The translations under genes and the position numbers were made by a program. A DNA stretch of 59,653 nt, filler included. It is 5 parts of 5 records of this genome, joined end to end, with 100 filler letters (N's around TTAATTAATTAA, not from the genome) between each part and the next. Parts side by side here need not be neighbours in the genome. Positions count along the whole stretch, not along the records: positions 22,589 to 39,628 come from DRR723986_3501; 4 more parts are not named here. The stretch is one strand, 5' to 3'. Shown one piece after another: positions 27,906 to 38,406 of the stretch. The notes below the pieces were generated by a model. That model ran no database searches and had not been told where the DNA came from. It worked only from the letters and a program-made list of their open reading frames with translations. Within the stretch, counting starts at the first letter, position 1. The number at the start of each line of letters is the position of its first letter.

Positions 27906-30125
27906 TCAGCCTGCAGTCTGCAAGGGGACCTGCTCAATCTGCGGCGTCGGGTCTTCGCTGTTCCCACCAGTCGCCGGTTGCGGGGCAGCGGGCCTCACGC
28001 TCTTGGCAAGTTTGGGGGCAAGGCGAATGCGCGGTGGCACCTGCGCCGACGTCGCTTGATGCTGCATTCGGGGGAACCAGCGTCTACCGGCTGGGCTGAG
28101 TGGAAACACCGGATACGCGGCCTCGTGTTTTGCAACTGTATCAGGTTTGCCGAACAGGAAACCCTGGACGAGATCGCATCCGGCCGCGCTCAGCAGAATG
28201 GCCTGTTCCTCGGTTTCGACACCTTCCGCGGTAATCGTGACATCCAGCGAGCGGCCGAGGCCCACGATCGACGTCACGATGGCGTCGGTACTGGCATCCT
28301 TGCCGAGGTTCTGGATGAAGGCCTTGTCGATCTTGATCTTGTCGAAGGGAAACAGGCTCAGGTAGCTCAGCGATGAATAGCCGGTTCCGAAATCGTCCAT
28401 GGCGATAGAAACACCCATGTCGCGGATCTGCTGAAGTGTCTCGATGACGGCGTCCGTGTTCGAAATCAGCAGGCTCTCGGTGATTTCAATTTCAAGCCGC
28501 TTGGGGTCTAGACGGGAATTCTGAAGCGCCTGGGCAACGCGTTTCTGGGTTTCGCCGGCAATGAACTGAGCGGGAGAAACATTGACCGCGACCTTGCGCG
28601 AGCGGTCCTGCCATAACGCTGCTTCGCGGCAGGCGTGGTTGAGGACCCATGTTCCGATTTCCTCGATAAGGCCCGTGTCTTCTGCAATCGGGATGAAATC
28701 GTCCGGCCGGATGATACCCTTGGTGGGATGGTCCCAGCGGATCAGCGCCTCATAGCCTTTCAGTGTTCCGTCCTTCAGCGCATATTGCGGCTGATAGAGC
28801 AACTTGAACTGGTTGAACTTGAGCGCTTTGGCGAGTCCTTCTTCCACTTCCTTGCGTTTCTGCGCCTCTGCATCAAGGCTTTGTGTGTACCACGAGAAGG
28901 TGGAACGCCCGCTGTGTTTGGCCCGATATAGAGCAAGGTCCGCGCAATGAAGCAAACGAGAGGAGCGCCAGGAGCCGTCGGTTGCCCTTGCAAGACCAAT
29001 GGACAGCGAAATCCTGATGTCCTTGCCGTCGATCGTGCAGGGAGCTTCAGTGGCGGCAATCATGTCCGTTGCAAGTCGGGTCATGCGGGCGGGGTCGGAC
29101 AAGGATGTCAGCATGACAGCAAATTCATCGCCTGAAAGGCGGGCGACCAGGTGGTTTCCGAAGACCGCCTTCAGGCGCTCCCCCACGATCTGAAGAAAAA
29201 CGTCGCCGATGCCATGACCATAGGTGTCGTTGATTTCCTTGAACTTGTCGACGTCGATCAGCATGACACCGATATTGGAGGCCTTGGCCTGTGCAAGGCG
29301 CAGCGCTTCGGTCAGGCGCGCGTTGAAGACGGCGCGGTTCGGCAAACCGGTCAGTGTGTCGTGATGCGCCAAATACTGAATGTCTCTGCTGGTCTGGAGC
29401 TGGTCATAGAAGCGCAGCCAGAGGAGAATGCCAGCAAACATGAAGGAGGCCAGGCAAAGACCGCCAATCGCGGCACTGATCAACCAGATTAGCGGCGTGA
29501 GGCCGTTCAGGATTCCCGACTGGGTCACCAACAGCAAGAGCCCCGGAAAGTCCGGGGAGGCTCCTTCGGGACGGTAGGCAAGCAGTGCATTCGCCCCAAA
29601 CGATCCGTGCCACGACATGTCCGGGATGGCAACGAGCGGGCTGTTGCCGTTCAGAGCGGCCTTGGCCTGCGAGATCGTATTACCGGTACGAAGCCGCCCT
29701 TCACTATGCCAGTGAATTTGCACCGGTGAGGGGCGCTGGAGGCTGGATCCGGTTGGCGCAGGGAAGATCGCGACCGCGTCCAGTACCTTGGATGTGTCCA
29801 GAGCCTGGCCGGCATTGCGTTGCAATTCGCCAACCAGGTCGTTCGGCTGCCGGCTGTCGGCAGAAGCCTCTTTGGTCAGCCGCAATGCGGACATGTCGGC
29901 TGCCGGTTCGGTTTCGATCCGGCTCGCCAATGCCTGCAGGATCGAGTTGAAAGTCTTTTCCTGCGGCAGGAAAGCTTGCTCAAGACCCCGGACGACCAGC
30001 CAGTGCGTTAGAAGACGATTGCTCGCGTAGACACCCAGCGCCAGCGTCAGCACCAGCGACATGGAAATGAAAAAAATGACAATGTTGCTTCTTCCCAGGG
30101 GGACTGCCATCCGGAGAGGAACCAT
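27906..30125 (-). CDS. Membrane-anchored GGDEF-EAL (diguanylate cyclase/phosphodiesterase) protein
   Basis: HDTLTGLPNR, RLSGDEF, YEALIRW, DDFGTGYSSL, AEGVET; two TM segments. Confidence 0.92.
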   Translation of the reverse strand: MVPLRMAVPLGRSNIVIFFISMSLVLTLALGVYASNRLLTHWLVVRGLEQAFLPQEKTFNSILQALASRIETEPAADMSALRLTKEASADSRQPNDLVGELQRNAGQALDTSKVLDAVAIFPAPTGSSLQRPSPVQIHWHSEGRLRTGNTISQAKAALNGNSPLVAIPDMSWHGSFGANALLAYRPEGASPDFPGLLLLVTQSGILNGLTPLIWLISAAIGGLCLASFMFAGILLWLRFYDQLQTSRDIQYLAHHDTLTGLPNRAVFNARLTEALRLAQAKASNIGVMLIDVDKFKEINDTYGHGIGDVFLQIVGERLKAVFGNHLVARLSGDEFAVMLTSLSDPARMTRLATDMIAATEAPCTIDGKDIRISLSIGLARATDGSWRSSRLLHCADLALYRAKHSGRSTFSWYTQSLDAEAQKRKEVEEGLAKALKFNQFKLLYQPQYALKDGTLKGYEALIRWDHPTKGIIRPDDFIPIAEDTGLIEEIGTWVLNHACREAALWQDRSRKVAVNVSPAQFIAGETQKRVAQALQNSRLDPKRLEIEITESLLISNTDAVIETLQQIRDMGVSIAMDDFGTGYSSLSYLSLFPFDKIKIDKAFIQNLGKDASTDAIVTSIVGLGRSLDVTITAEGVETEEQAILLSAAGCDLVQGFLFGKPDTVAKHEAAYPVFPLSPAGRRWFPRMQHQATSAQVPPRIRLAPKLAKSVRPAAPQPATGGNSEDPTPQIEQVPLQTAG

Positions 30126-30476
30126 CTTGCGAACACGAGTCGCGAAAGGCTAAGCGTAATTCCTTTAACCATCATGAATCGCAAGCTTGCTCAAACCCAA
30201 GGGAAACCCGAGGAAAATGGCGGGGTAGGTCAGGCTGTCCGCAAACTACGGAACTGCGTTGCAGTGGTCCATTCGAAGGTCCAAAACATTGGCGCGCGGG
30301 AACTCGGTGTTCGCTTGTCCAGGGGCGCGACCAGCTGAAGCACCAATGGGGACAGGCGAGCGTTGATCTGGTCAAATCCGGCCCATGCCGATAAGAGTCT
30401 GCAACGCATCGATTCATGCGGTTCACGGCAAGCTTTCCTGCCTGCCTTTTCCCACCGGCCCAGCGGGAGCTGAAGT

Positions 30477-31169
30477 GTGAGTGTCTGGAGTAGCCTCGGC
30501 GCTATTGTAAGTTCGATCGGAACAGGAGGGGCGCAGATCGTCGACCGCCTGGTCCAGCTCGTGCTTGCGCGGCCGGAGGGGATCAACAGTGTCGGCTTCA
30601 CCGTTGCGATGATTGCGCTGTCGGCCAAGATGGCCAAGGCCGATGGTGTGGTGACCACCGATGAAATTATCGCTTTCCGCGAACTTTTCGATGTACCGCC
30701 CAACGAAGAACGCAATGTCGCCCGCCTGTTCAATCTGGCGCAGGAAGACATTGCCGGCTTCGAGGTCTATGCCAAGAAACTGGCGGATCTGTTCCCATAC
30801 GACCGCAAGACGCTGCTCGATATTCTGGATGGGCTTTTTCACATTGCGAAAGCTGACGGCGTCGTCCACGAAAGCGAAATAGGCTACCTTTCCAGAGTGG
30901 CGGAGGTCTTCGGGATCGATGACCGGGAGTTTTCCAGGATACTCGCCAGACATGTGCGCAATGATGGCAACCCCTACGAGGTGCTGGGTTTGGGACCGGA
31001 AGCAAGTGACGGGGAACTCAAGTCCCATTACCGCCGCGAGGTCCAGGAAACGCATCCTGACCGGCTGATCGCAAGAGGCGTTCCGGAGGAGTTCGTCAGG
31101 ATTGCGAATGATCGTCTTGCGGCGCTGAACGAAGCCTGGGCGAAGATCTGCGCGGAAAGAGGCATATGA
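30477..31169 (+). CDS. djlA: DjlA-like co-chaperone (TerB-like plus DnaJ domain)
   Basis: AKMAKADG, NPYEVLGL, HPD motif. Confidence 0.85.
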   Translation: MSVWSSLGAIVSSIGTGGAQIVDRLVQLVLARPEGINSVGFTVAMIALSAKMAKADGVVTTDEIIAFRELFDVPPNEERNVARLFNLAQEDIAGFEVYAKKLADLFPYDRKTLLDILDGLFHIAKADGVVHESEIGYLSRVAEVFGIDDREFSRILARHVRNDGNPYEVLGLGPEASDGELKSHYRREVQETHPDRLIARGVPEEFVRIANDRLAALNEAWAKICAERGI

Positions 31170-31930
31170 GCGTTGCGACTGATACCGGTGTGAAGGCCAG
31201 GGTCCATCCGTCTCCCAACCACGGACAGCGGGCGCAGGGAGCCCCTGTGGATATGGTCGTGCTCCATTATACCGGCATGCCGACCGGCGAAGAAGCCTTG
31301 CAGCGCCTATGTGATCCTCGTTCGGAAGTCTCCGCCCACTATGTCGTCAACGAGGATGGCAGCATCCTGCAATGCGTGCCTGAATCCCGCAGGGCCTGGC
31401 ATGCGGGGCGCAGCTTCTGGAAAGGCGAGACCGACATCAATTCCCGATCGATCGGCGTCGAGATCGTCAATCCGGGGCATGAGCACGGCTATCAACCGTT
31501 TCCGGAGCCACAGATCGAAGCCGTTGTCGCGCTTGTTGGCGATATCTGTGCCCGTCACGGGATCCATCCGTGGATGGTCCTGGCGCATTCGGATATTGCT
31601 CCTGCCCGGAAGGAGGACCCGGGTGAACTGTTCCCATGGGATCGCCTGTCAGAAGCCGGCATCGGTTTATATGTAAAACCGTTTCCACTCGGGGCAGGCC
31701 TGCTGATGCAGGAAGGCGATAGCGGCCAGCCTGTTGAAGCGGTGCAGTCAATGCTCGCACTCTATGGCTACGAGTTGGACATCACCGGGGACTTCGACTT
31801 GAAGACACGCCAGGTGGTTGCCGCGTTTCAACGCCATTTCCGACCAGAGAAGGTTGACGGTGTCGTCGATCAATCGACAATCGAAACGTTGCATGCGTTG
31901 CTGCGCAAGCTGCCTTCCCTGTCAGCCTGA
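31166..31930 (+). CDS. N-acetylmuramoyl-L-alanine amidase (Amidase_2 plus PG-binding domain)
   Basis: VLHYTG, VSAHY, RAWHAG, SIGVEIVN, HSDIAPARKEDPG, AFQRHF. Confidence 0.93.
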   Translation: MSVATDTGVKARVHPSPNHGQRAQGAPVDMVVLHYTGMPTGEEALQRLCDPRSEVSAHYVVNEDGSILQCVPESRRAWHAGRSFWKGETDINSRSIGVEIVNPGHEHGYQPFPEPQIEAVVALVGDICARHGIHPWMVLAHSDIAPARKEDPGELFPWDRLSEAGIGLYVKPFPLGAGLLMQEGDSGQPVEAVQSMLALYGYELDITGDFDLKTRQVVAAFQRHFRPEKVDGVVDQSTIETLHALLRKLPSLSA

Positions 31931-32265
31931 AGGAACGGTCGGTTTGGTTTTTTTGTGCGGTTACGAGTTCGGGCCAACGAAATAAACGCGCAGTCAACAA
32001 AATTAGTTCCCGCAACGCAGCATTTTTAGACGGCTCTGCGCCACGAGTGGTCACAGAATTTCTTCTGATGGCCCATCCATTGCCGAATTGCTTGCTAATT
32101 TTGGCCACAAACTACAGAAAATGACTAAGAACAGCATTAAATTCCTGTAATTTTATGTAATAATTTGAAATAATTCGTGATGTATTAGCGCCCATTTTCG
32201 TCCAATAGCTCCGGCATTTCTCCCGCCTGATTTCAACGCAACGAAAACCAAAAGGGCTGGACTGA

Positions 32266-32943
32266 ATGTTACGGTCATTCAAGACACTTACTGGGGCGCT
32301 GTGCCTTTTCGCCTATGCAACCACTCTTGCAGCACCGGCTGCAATGGCTAAAGGTACGGGTTCCGGGTCGGAGCCGATCCTCCATATCATCGACCCGGAC
32401 AAGAAGAGCGAACCTGCCGAAGCCAAGCCGTCGGTCGGCTCTGGTTCCAAACCGATCCTGCACATCATTGAATCGAGCAAGCAGGAAACGCAGGAAAAAC
32501 CTGCCAAGAAGACAAGAACTGCAAGCCTGACGCGCAAGGTGTCCCCGAAGCGGACGGCTGTTGTCAGCAACGACAAATACGCCAAGCTCATCCGTAAGGC
32601 CGCCGCCAAACATGGTGTGCCGGTCAAGATCGCCAAGGCAGTGGTCCAGGTGGAGAGCAACTTCAATCCGCGTGCACGCGGCAGCGCCGGTGAAGTCGGT
32701 CTGATGCAGATCAAGCCGGCAACCGCACGTGGCATCGGCTACCGCGGGTCGACCAAGGCGCTCTATGACCCCGAAACCAATCTGGAATGGGGCATGAAGT
32801 ACCTTGCCGGCGCGCACAAGAAGGCGGGCGGCGACGTTTGTGGCACCATCTTGCGCTACAATGCCGGCCATTTCGCTAAGCGGATGAACCCGGTCAGCAA
32901 GCGCTACTGTTCGAAGGTCAAGCAAATCCTGGCCTCCAGCTAA
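32266..32943 (+). CDS. Lytic transglycosylase (SLT domain)
   Basis: Signal peptide; VESNFNP, GLMQI, NLEWGMKYL, RYNAG. Confidence 0.92.
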   Translation: MLRSFKTLTGALCLFAYATTLAAPAAMAKGTGSGSEPILHIIDPDKKSEPAEAKPSVGSGSKPILHIIESSKQETQEKPAKKTRTASLTRKVSPKRTAVVSNDKYAKLIRKAAAKHGVPVKIAKAVVQVESNFNPRARGSAGEVGLMQIKPATARGIGYRGSTKALYDPETNLEWGMKYLAGAHKKAGGDVCGTILRYNAGHFAKRMNPVSKRYCSKVKQILASS

Positions 32944-32974
32944 AAGCAGCAGGGCGGTCAGCCGTGGGCAAACT

Positions 32975-33012
32975 GAAAACCCCGCCGGGATTTCCGGCGG
33001 GGTTTTCTTTTT
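32975..33012. terminator. Bidirectional rho-independent terminator
   Basis: GAAAACCCCGCCGG / CCGGCGGGGTTTTC stem between convergent genes. Confidence 0.88.
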
Positions 33013-33032
33013 GTGCGCTGAAGGCTGTCAGC

Positions 33033-33707
33033 TTATGCGAACTTCCTGCGGGCGGCTGGAACCGAGGCGGGAACCGGCGTTTCGGCAAGTACATCAGGAG
33101 CCGACAGGGGCTGGCCGAGTGCGGTCACCACAGGCACCACACCAGCCCATATATCGGTCCCGAGATCTTCCTTGTCGTCCACCGGTCCGCCGGTGCGGAC
33201 CTTCGTGCTGACATGGTCGATATCCATGACAAGCACACCGGTTGCCTTGTGTTCCTTCGGCATCATTTCGCGGCATTCATCCCAGCGGCCAGGCAGCAGA
33301 TGGTCGGTGATAGCGGCCAGGGCCTCGATCTGTTCCTGTTCGCTTTCGACAAGCCTCGCCGTGCCATGCACGATCGCGCAGCGATAGTTCATGGAATGAT
33401 GAAAAGCCGAACGTGCGACCACCAGACCATCTACAAGTGTGACGGTAAGGCTCGCCGGTACGCCTTCTGCGTTTGACTTGATGATGCGGGTGGTGCTTGC
33501 TCCGTGAATATAGATGCGGTCGTCGATCCGGGCATATGCCATCGGGATCACCATCGGTCGGTCTTCGTGAATGAAGCCGCAATGGGCGACAAGGCCCGCA
33601 TCCAGAATGTCGTAGGCAACAGTCCTGTCGTATCCGCCGCGGTTCATCTGGCGGATCTTGGCATAACGGGGCAGATCCGCTGCCTGGCGTTTTTCCAGAG
33701 TGGACAT
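33033..33707 (-). CDS. Pyridoxamine 5'-phosphate oxidase-like flavin-binding protein
   Basis: YDILDAGLVAHCGF, LVVARSAFHHSMNYR, WAGVVP; true start ATG 33707 with RBS GGAGA. Confidence 0.88.
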   Translation of the reverse strand: MSTLEKRQAADLPRYAKIRQMNRGGYDRTVAYDILDAGLVAHCGFIHEDRPMVIPMAYARIDDRIYIHGASTTRIIKSNAEGVPASLTVTLVDGLVVARSAFHHSMNYRCAIVHGTARLVESEQEQIEALAAITDHLLPGRWDECREMMPKEHKATGVLVMDIDHVSTKVRTGGPVDDKEDLGTDIWAGVVPVVTALGQPLSAPDVLAETPVPASVPAARRKFA

Positions 33708-33791
33708 GGTCTCGTCTCCAATTGACTGTTTGTCTTGTGTTGTGCTGTTTGTCCGATAAATTGGCTCCAAAGAAGGTCCGGTTTTTGGAAA

Positions 33792-35264
33792 ATGACAGAA
33801 CCAGTTTTTCCTGAAGGCATCCTGTCTCTTGAGCGGTCGGCAGATGTGCCATTGGCGGAACAGATCTATCGCGGCTTTCGTGACGCCGTGCGCACAGGCT
33901 TGCTGCGCTCGGGAACAAAGTTGCCATCCACGCAGCGGTTGGCGGCGTCGCTCAACGTTGGACGCAACACCGTCAACACGGCTTATGACCTTCTGCAAGC
34001 CGAAGGTGTGATCACCGTGCGCACCGGCGCTGCTCCCCGCATTACCGAAGGGCTGGTGCTGGAAGGTGTGCAGGCGCAGCGCAAGGTGGAAGCATTCGGG
34101 CTGAAGCTGTCGCAACGAGGCAGGACACTGAGTGCCAACTTGCGCGGCGAGGGGTGGGCCTATCGCCAGGGAGGCTTGCAACCGGGTGCGCCAGCACTTG
34201 ATCTGTTTCCCTACGAGGAATGGGCAAGATCACTGCGCAGGGCCGCCCGGCTCGAGCGCAGCGCGGATCTCCACTATCAGAATTTTGCCGGTCTTGAGGT
34301 GCTCAAGCGGCAGATCGCCCGGCACCTTGCGGCCGAACGCGGGGTTCGGGCTGACCCTCATCGGATTCTTGTCACCAGCTCAACACAGGCCAGCCTGACG
34401 ATGCTCAGCCAGGTGCTCACTGATCCGGGTGACGACGTCTGGCTGGAGGAGCCCGGCTACCTCGGCGCGCGGACGGCCTTTTCCGGGGCAGGTCTGACGA
34501 TCCGGCCGCTGCCGACCGACGGCGAGGGTGCGGACGCGTCGAAGATGGCTCATCTGGATCAGCCGCCAAAGCTGATCTATGTCACACCGTCCCATCACTA
34601 TCCCCTTGGGGCACGCATGCCCTTGGCGAGGCGTCTGATGCTTCTTGATGTTGCCCGTACCTGCGGCGCGGTGATCCTGGAAGACGACTATGACAGCGAG
34701 TTCCTGTTCGAGGGCCGGCCTGTGGCTGCGCTGCACGGATTGGCGGATGAGGGACAGGTTGTTTACATGGGCACGTTCGCGAAGAGCCTGCTCCCCGGGC
34801 TCCGGATTGCCTATTGCGTCGTACCAGAGGTTCTTGTGGCCCCGCTCACCCAGACCATGCGCAATATCGGCTGTTCTGCCAATGTTCAGGCCCAGGCTGC
34901 ACTCGCCCACTTCATGGATTGCGGGGCCTATCAGAAGCACCTGAAACAGATCCGTCCGGTCTATCTGGAGCGGGGGACGATGCTCGCCGGCGCGTTACGG
35001 CAGAGGCTGGGCAATCGTGTCGAAGTTGCGCCTCTTACAGGCAATGTGCAGTTGACGGTCATGTTCCGGGAGCCCGTCAACGATATTGCCCTTGCAGTCG
35101 CCATGCAGGACCGCGGCTTTGCCGTTTCACCGCTCAGCAATTGTTATCTAGCCGAAGGAGGGCGGCCGGGGCTTATTGTCGGCTTTGCCGGTGCAAATGC
35201 ACGGCAGATCGAGGAGGGCGTGGACGCCCTTGCCGGTTTGCTTGGTACTGGACACGCGTATTGA
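33792..35264 (+). CDS. MocR/GabR-type GntR regulator with PLP aminotransferase-like domain
   Basis: KLPSTQRLA wHTH, YVTPSHHYPLG, EDDYDSEF, GTFAKSLLPGLR; start ATG 33792. Confidence 0.92.
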   Translation: MTEPVFPEGILSLERSADVPLAEQIYRGFRDAVRTGLLRSGTKLPSTQRLAASLNVGRNTVNTAYDLLQAEGVITVRTGAAPRITEGLVLEGVQAQRKVEAFGLKLSQRGRTLSANLRGEGWAYRQGGLQPGAPALDLFPYEEWARSLRRAARLERSADLHYQNFAGLEVLKRQIARHLAAERGVRADPHRILVTSSTQASLTMLSQVLTDPGDDVWLEEPGYLGARTAFSGAGLTIRPLPTDGEGADASKMAHLDQPPKLIYVTPSHHYPLGARMPLARRLMLLDVARTCGAVILEDDYDSEFLFEGRPVAALHGLADEGQVVYMGTFAKSLLPGLRIAYCVVPEVLVAPLTQTMRNIGCSANVQAQAALAHFMDCGAYQKHLKQIRPVYLERGTMLAGALRQRLGNRVEVAPLTGNVQLTVMFREPVNDIALAVAMQDRGFAVSPLSNCYLAEGGRPGLIVGFAGANARQIEEGVDALAGLLGTGHAY

Positions 35265-35275
35265 CCAGTCTTCCT

Positions 35276-35926
35276 TCAAAGCCGCATGGTCGGGACGTCC
35301 CCGTGAACGATCAGCGAGGCTTCTGTTGCGGAGATGACATCATCGACACTCAGGCCGGGGCCCGTTTCTCGCAAGACGAGGCCGTCGTCGGTCGGTTCGA
35401 TCACGGCCATTTCCGTCACGATCAGGCTGACACGACGGCGAGCTGTCAGGGGAAGTGTGCATTCCTTCAGGATCTTGGGGTGACCCTTGGCCGTGTGAAC
35501 CATTGCGACGATCACCTGTTTGGCACCGGCCACAAGATCCATTGCCCCGCCCATGCCTGGAACCATCTTGCCCGGGATCATCCAGTTCGCGAGATAGCCA
35601 CGTTCGTCCACCTGCAAGCCGCCGAGAACCGTCATGTCCAGATGGCCGCCGCGGATCAGGCCGAAGCTCATGGCGCTGTCGATGGAGGCAGCTCCCGGAA
35701 CGGCGGTCACGAAACCGCCGCCGGCATCGGTGAGGTCGGGGTCTTCCATCCCTTCCGGCGGGCGGGCGCCCAGGCCGATCACACCGTTTTCGGCCTGAAA
35801 GAAGACATGCACTTCCTTCGGCAGGTAATTGGCCACCAGTGACGGCAGGCCGATACCGAGATTGACCAGCGTACCGGCCTTGATTTCCTGTGCCACGCGG
35901 CGGGCGATGATTTCCTTGTCGTCCAT
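35276..35926 (-). CDS. 3-oxoacid/acetate CoA-transferase subunit B
   Basis: VNLGIGLP, QAENG catalytic Glu, GMGGAMDLV. Confidence 0.93.
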   Translation of the reverse strand: MDDKEIIARRVAQEIKAGTLVNLGIGLPSLVANYLPKEVHVFFQAENGVIGLGARPPEGMEDPDLTDAGGGFVTAVPGAASIDSAMSFGLIRGGHLDMTVLGGLQVDERGYLANWMIPGKMVPGMGGAMDLVAGAKQVIVAMVHTAKGHPKILKECTLPLTARRRVSLIVTEMAVIEPTDDGLVLRETGPGLSVDDVISATEASLIVHGDVPTMRL

Positions 35927-36579
35927 CAGGCTGCCCTTTCCAGAAGATGATCGACGAGAATGCCGGGTGTTTTCACGCTATCTGGCGAAATCACACCCAC
36001 GGGTACGATCGTGTGCGGTTCCGCGATAACGGTCTTGCCCGCCAGAGCCATGGTCGGGTTGAAATTGTGGGCGGTGAGGGAATACTCCAGATTGCCGACG
36101 TAGTCCGCCCGGTAGGCGGCCAAAAGGGCAAAATCGCCATGGATGGGAGTTTCCAGAAGATATTCCTTGCCGTCGACGTTGATCTTCTGCTTGCCTTCCT
36201 CGACGAGCGTGCCGATGCCGGTCGGGGTCAGGATGCCACCCAGACCGACACCGGCCGCCCGGATGCGTTCGACCAAGGTTCCCTGCGGAACCAGTTCGAC
36301 ATCAATCTCGCCGGATATCATCTTCTGCTGGGTTTCCGGGTTGAGGCCGATGTGAGAAGCGATCACCCTTGAAACCGAACCTGCGCTGACGAGCTTGCCG
36401 ATGCCACGACCCGGCATGGCCGTGTCATTGGCGACAATCGTCAGGTTTCTGGTGCCTTTCGCCACGATGGCGTCAATCAACCGGTGGGGCGAACCCACCC
36501 CCATGAAACCTCCCACCAGCAGGGTGGCTCCGTCTGGAATGAGGTCCGCAGCTTCCTGCGTCTTGATCGCGTGTTTCAC
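35926..36579 (-). CDS. 3-oxoacid/acetate CoA-transferase subunit A
   Basis: VGGFMGVG, PQGTLVERIRA, TPTGIGT, HNFNP. Confidence 0.93.
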   Translation of the reverse strand: MKHAIKTQEAADLIPDGATLLVGGFMGVGSPHRLIDAIVAKGTRNLTIVANDTAMPGRGIGKLVSAGSVSRVIASHIGLNPETQQKMISGEIDVELVPQGTLVERIRAAGVGLGGILTPTGIGTLVEEGKQKINVDGKEYLLETPIHGDFALLAAYRADYVGNLEYSLTAHNFNPTMALAGKTVIAEPHTIVPVGVISPDSVKTPGILVDHLLERAA

Positions 36580-36708
36580 GAAAACGTCCCCCGGAATGAA
36601 ATCCTAAGGGGACGTTAGCCGTTGGCGTCGCACAAGAGAAATGAAGTTTGTGCGACGCAGTATTATTACCGAGACCGTGAACCCATTACAGGGCTCGATC
36701 AAGGCTGG

Positions 36709-38394
36709 TTACGCTGCCCGCACCTTGCCCAGGAAGTCCTGCATGGCGTGGCGCAGTGTATTGGACTGTTCATGCAATTCGCCGACAGCCGCATTCATGT
36801 CCGAGCTCAGGTTTGCCGTTTCGCTGGCAGCGCCACTGACCTCGGAAATGGATCTCGAAACGCTTTCGGTACCCTGTGCGGCTTCGGAGACGCTGCTGGC
36901 GATTTCGGTCGTTGCCAGGTTCTGTTCTTCCGCTGCACCGGACATGGCGTGCGTGTTTTCCGAAATCTTCTGGACGAGACCGGCAACAGACTCGGTTGCT
37001 TCTGTCGAAGCATCCGCGGCCTGGCGCATTTCCGTGATCTGCCGGTCGATTTCCTCCGTCGCCTTGGATGTCTGTTCCGCGAGTGCCTTGACCTCCGATG
37101 CAACAACGGCAAAGCCCTTTCCGGCCTCGCCGGCACGGGCAGCTTCAATGGTCGCGTTGAGGGCGAGCAGGTTGGTCTGTTCGGCAATATCAGTGATCAG
37201 CTTCGTAACGTCGCCGATGCGCGAAACCACCTGCTGCACCGTTGCCACGGCTTCGTTGGATCGCCCGACTTCATGTTCCGCTTCCTGGGCGATTTCCGAG
37301 GATGATCGCACCTGTTCCGTGATTGCACGGATGGAAGCTGAAAGTTCCTCTGTCGCACTGGCAACGGTATTCACGTTGGTGGTTGCCTGTTCGGCGGCTG
37401 CCGAAACGGCCAGGGCCTGGTCCGTGGTGTTGTTGGCAATCGTTGACAGTGATCCGGCGGAACTGGTCAGCGCATCCAGTCGTGTAATCATCCCGTCGCA
37501 GATGTTGAGGACAGTTGCTTCGAAGTCGCTGGCAACCTTCTCCATTTCCTCGCGCTTGATGCGTTCGGCGTTGATGCGTTCCGCTTCAGCCTGTTGCTCA
37601 AGTTCGCGTGTGCGGATCAGGTTTTCGCGGAAGACGCCGAGCGCGCGGCCGAGAAGACCGATTTCGTCCTTACGGTCGCTGATATCAACCGTCTGAGACG
37701 TGTCTCCGGCCGACAGCTTGTCGGTTATGACGGACAGTCTCGATAGCGGCGCTGAAATCGCGATGTGATTGAGGAAGCCGAGGATCATCGCAAGCACGGT
37801 GAGGATCAGTGTGCTGGAGAGCGAGACGATCTGGACCGTGTTCAGTGACCTGTTCTGGGCAATAACCGATTTCTGCCGTTCCGCATCAACTGCGTCGGCA
37901 AGCTGTCGGCTTTGCTGCTGAACAGCTGACAAAAGACCCGAGCTTTCCGGTGTCAGGTCAATCGCACGCGCCATGTCGACCGTCTCCGGTGTGCGCATCA
38001 GTTCGATCTGGCGTGCGGCAATCTGGCTGTACCAGGTTTCCCAGCTTGATTTCAGTTCGGAGAGATGGCTTTGAAACTCAGGCAGGCTCGCGTCGACAAG
38101 TGAGCCGACTTCCGAAAACCCTGTCTGAATTTCATCGTTCAGATCCTGGGACCGGGTGAGAAGATCTCGGTTGCCGGTTAGCAGGAAGGATTTCACCGAC
38201 AAAGCCTGCGCTGCGATCTTTTCCGTGAGTTCGGCCGTTTCCACGTTGAGATCCGACAGGTTGTTTGCTGTCTTGACTTCATCCAGAGCCGAATGCGTCT
38301 GATAGGCACTCATGCCACCGGCCACTGCGCCGACCAATGCGAGCGTCAGGAACCCTGCGGCGATCTTTTTGCTGACGGATAGATTTTTGAACAT
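36709..38394 (-). CDS. Methyl-accepting chemotaxis protein
   Basis: TM-sensor-TM-HAMP followed by [34 protein letters not shown]. Confidence 0.96.
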   Translation of the reverse strand: MFKNLSVSKKIAAGFLTLALVGAVAGGMSAYQTHSALDEVKTANNLSDLNVETAELTEKIAAQALSVKSFLLTGNRDLLTRSQDLNDEIQTGFSEVGSLVDASLPEFQSHLSELKSSWETWYSQIAARQIELMRTPETVDMARAIDLTPESSGLLSAVQQQSRQLADAVDAERQKSVIAQNRSLNTVQIVSLSSTLILTVLAMILGFLNHIAISAPLSRLSVITDKLSAGDTSQTVDISDRKDEIGLLGRALGVFRENLIRTRELEQQAEAERINAERIKREEMEKVASDFEATVLNICDGMITRLDALTSSAGSLSTIANNTTDQALAVSAAAEQATTNVNTVASATEELSASIRAITEQVRSSSEIAQEAEHEVGRSNEAVATVQQVVSRIGDVTKLITDIAEQTNLLALNATIEAARAGEAGKGFAVVASEVKALAEQTSKATEEIDRQITEMRQAADASTEATESVAGLVQKISENTHAMSGAAEEQNLATTEIASSVSEAAQGTESVSRSISEVSGAASETANLSSDMNAAVGELHEQSNTLRHAMQDFLGKVRAA

Positions 38395-38406
38395 GGTATT
38401 TCCCGC

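Noticed and set aside
29121-29141. SGDEF variant as evidence of an inactive diguanylate cyclase
   Set aside because: SGDEF variants can be active and the other GGDEF motifs are intact, so no conclusion is possible from sequence
30165-30172. TTAACCAT CtrA half-site upstream of the GGDEF-EAL gene
   Set aside because: Only a half-site with no TTAA-N7-TTAA partner; too weak to call
33708-34181. N-terminal extension of the 382-aa ORF 33033-34181
   Set aside because: It overlaps the MocR gene in antisense; the real start is ATG 33707 with an RBS
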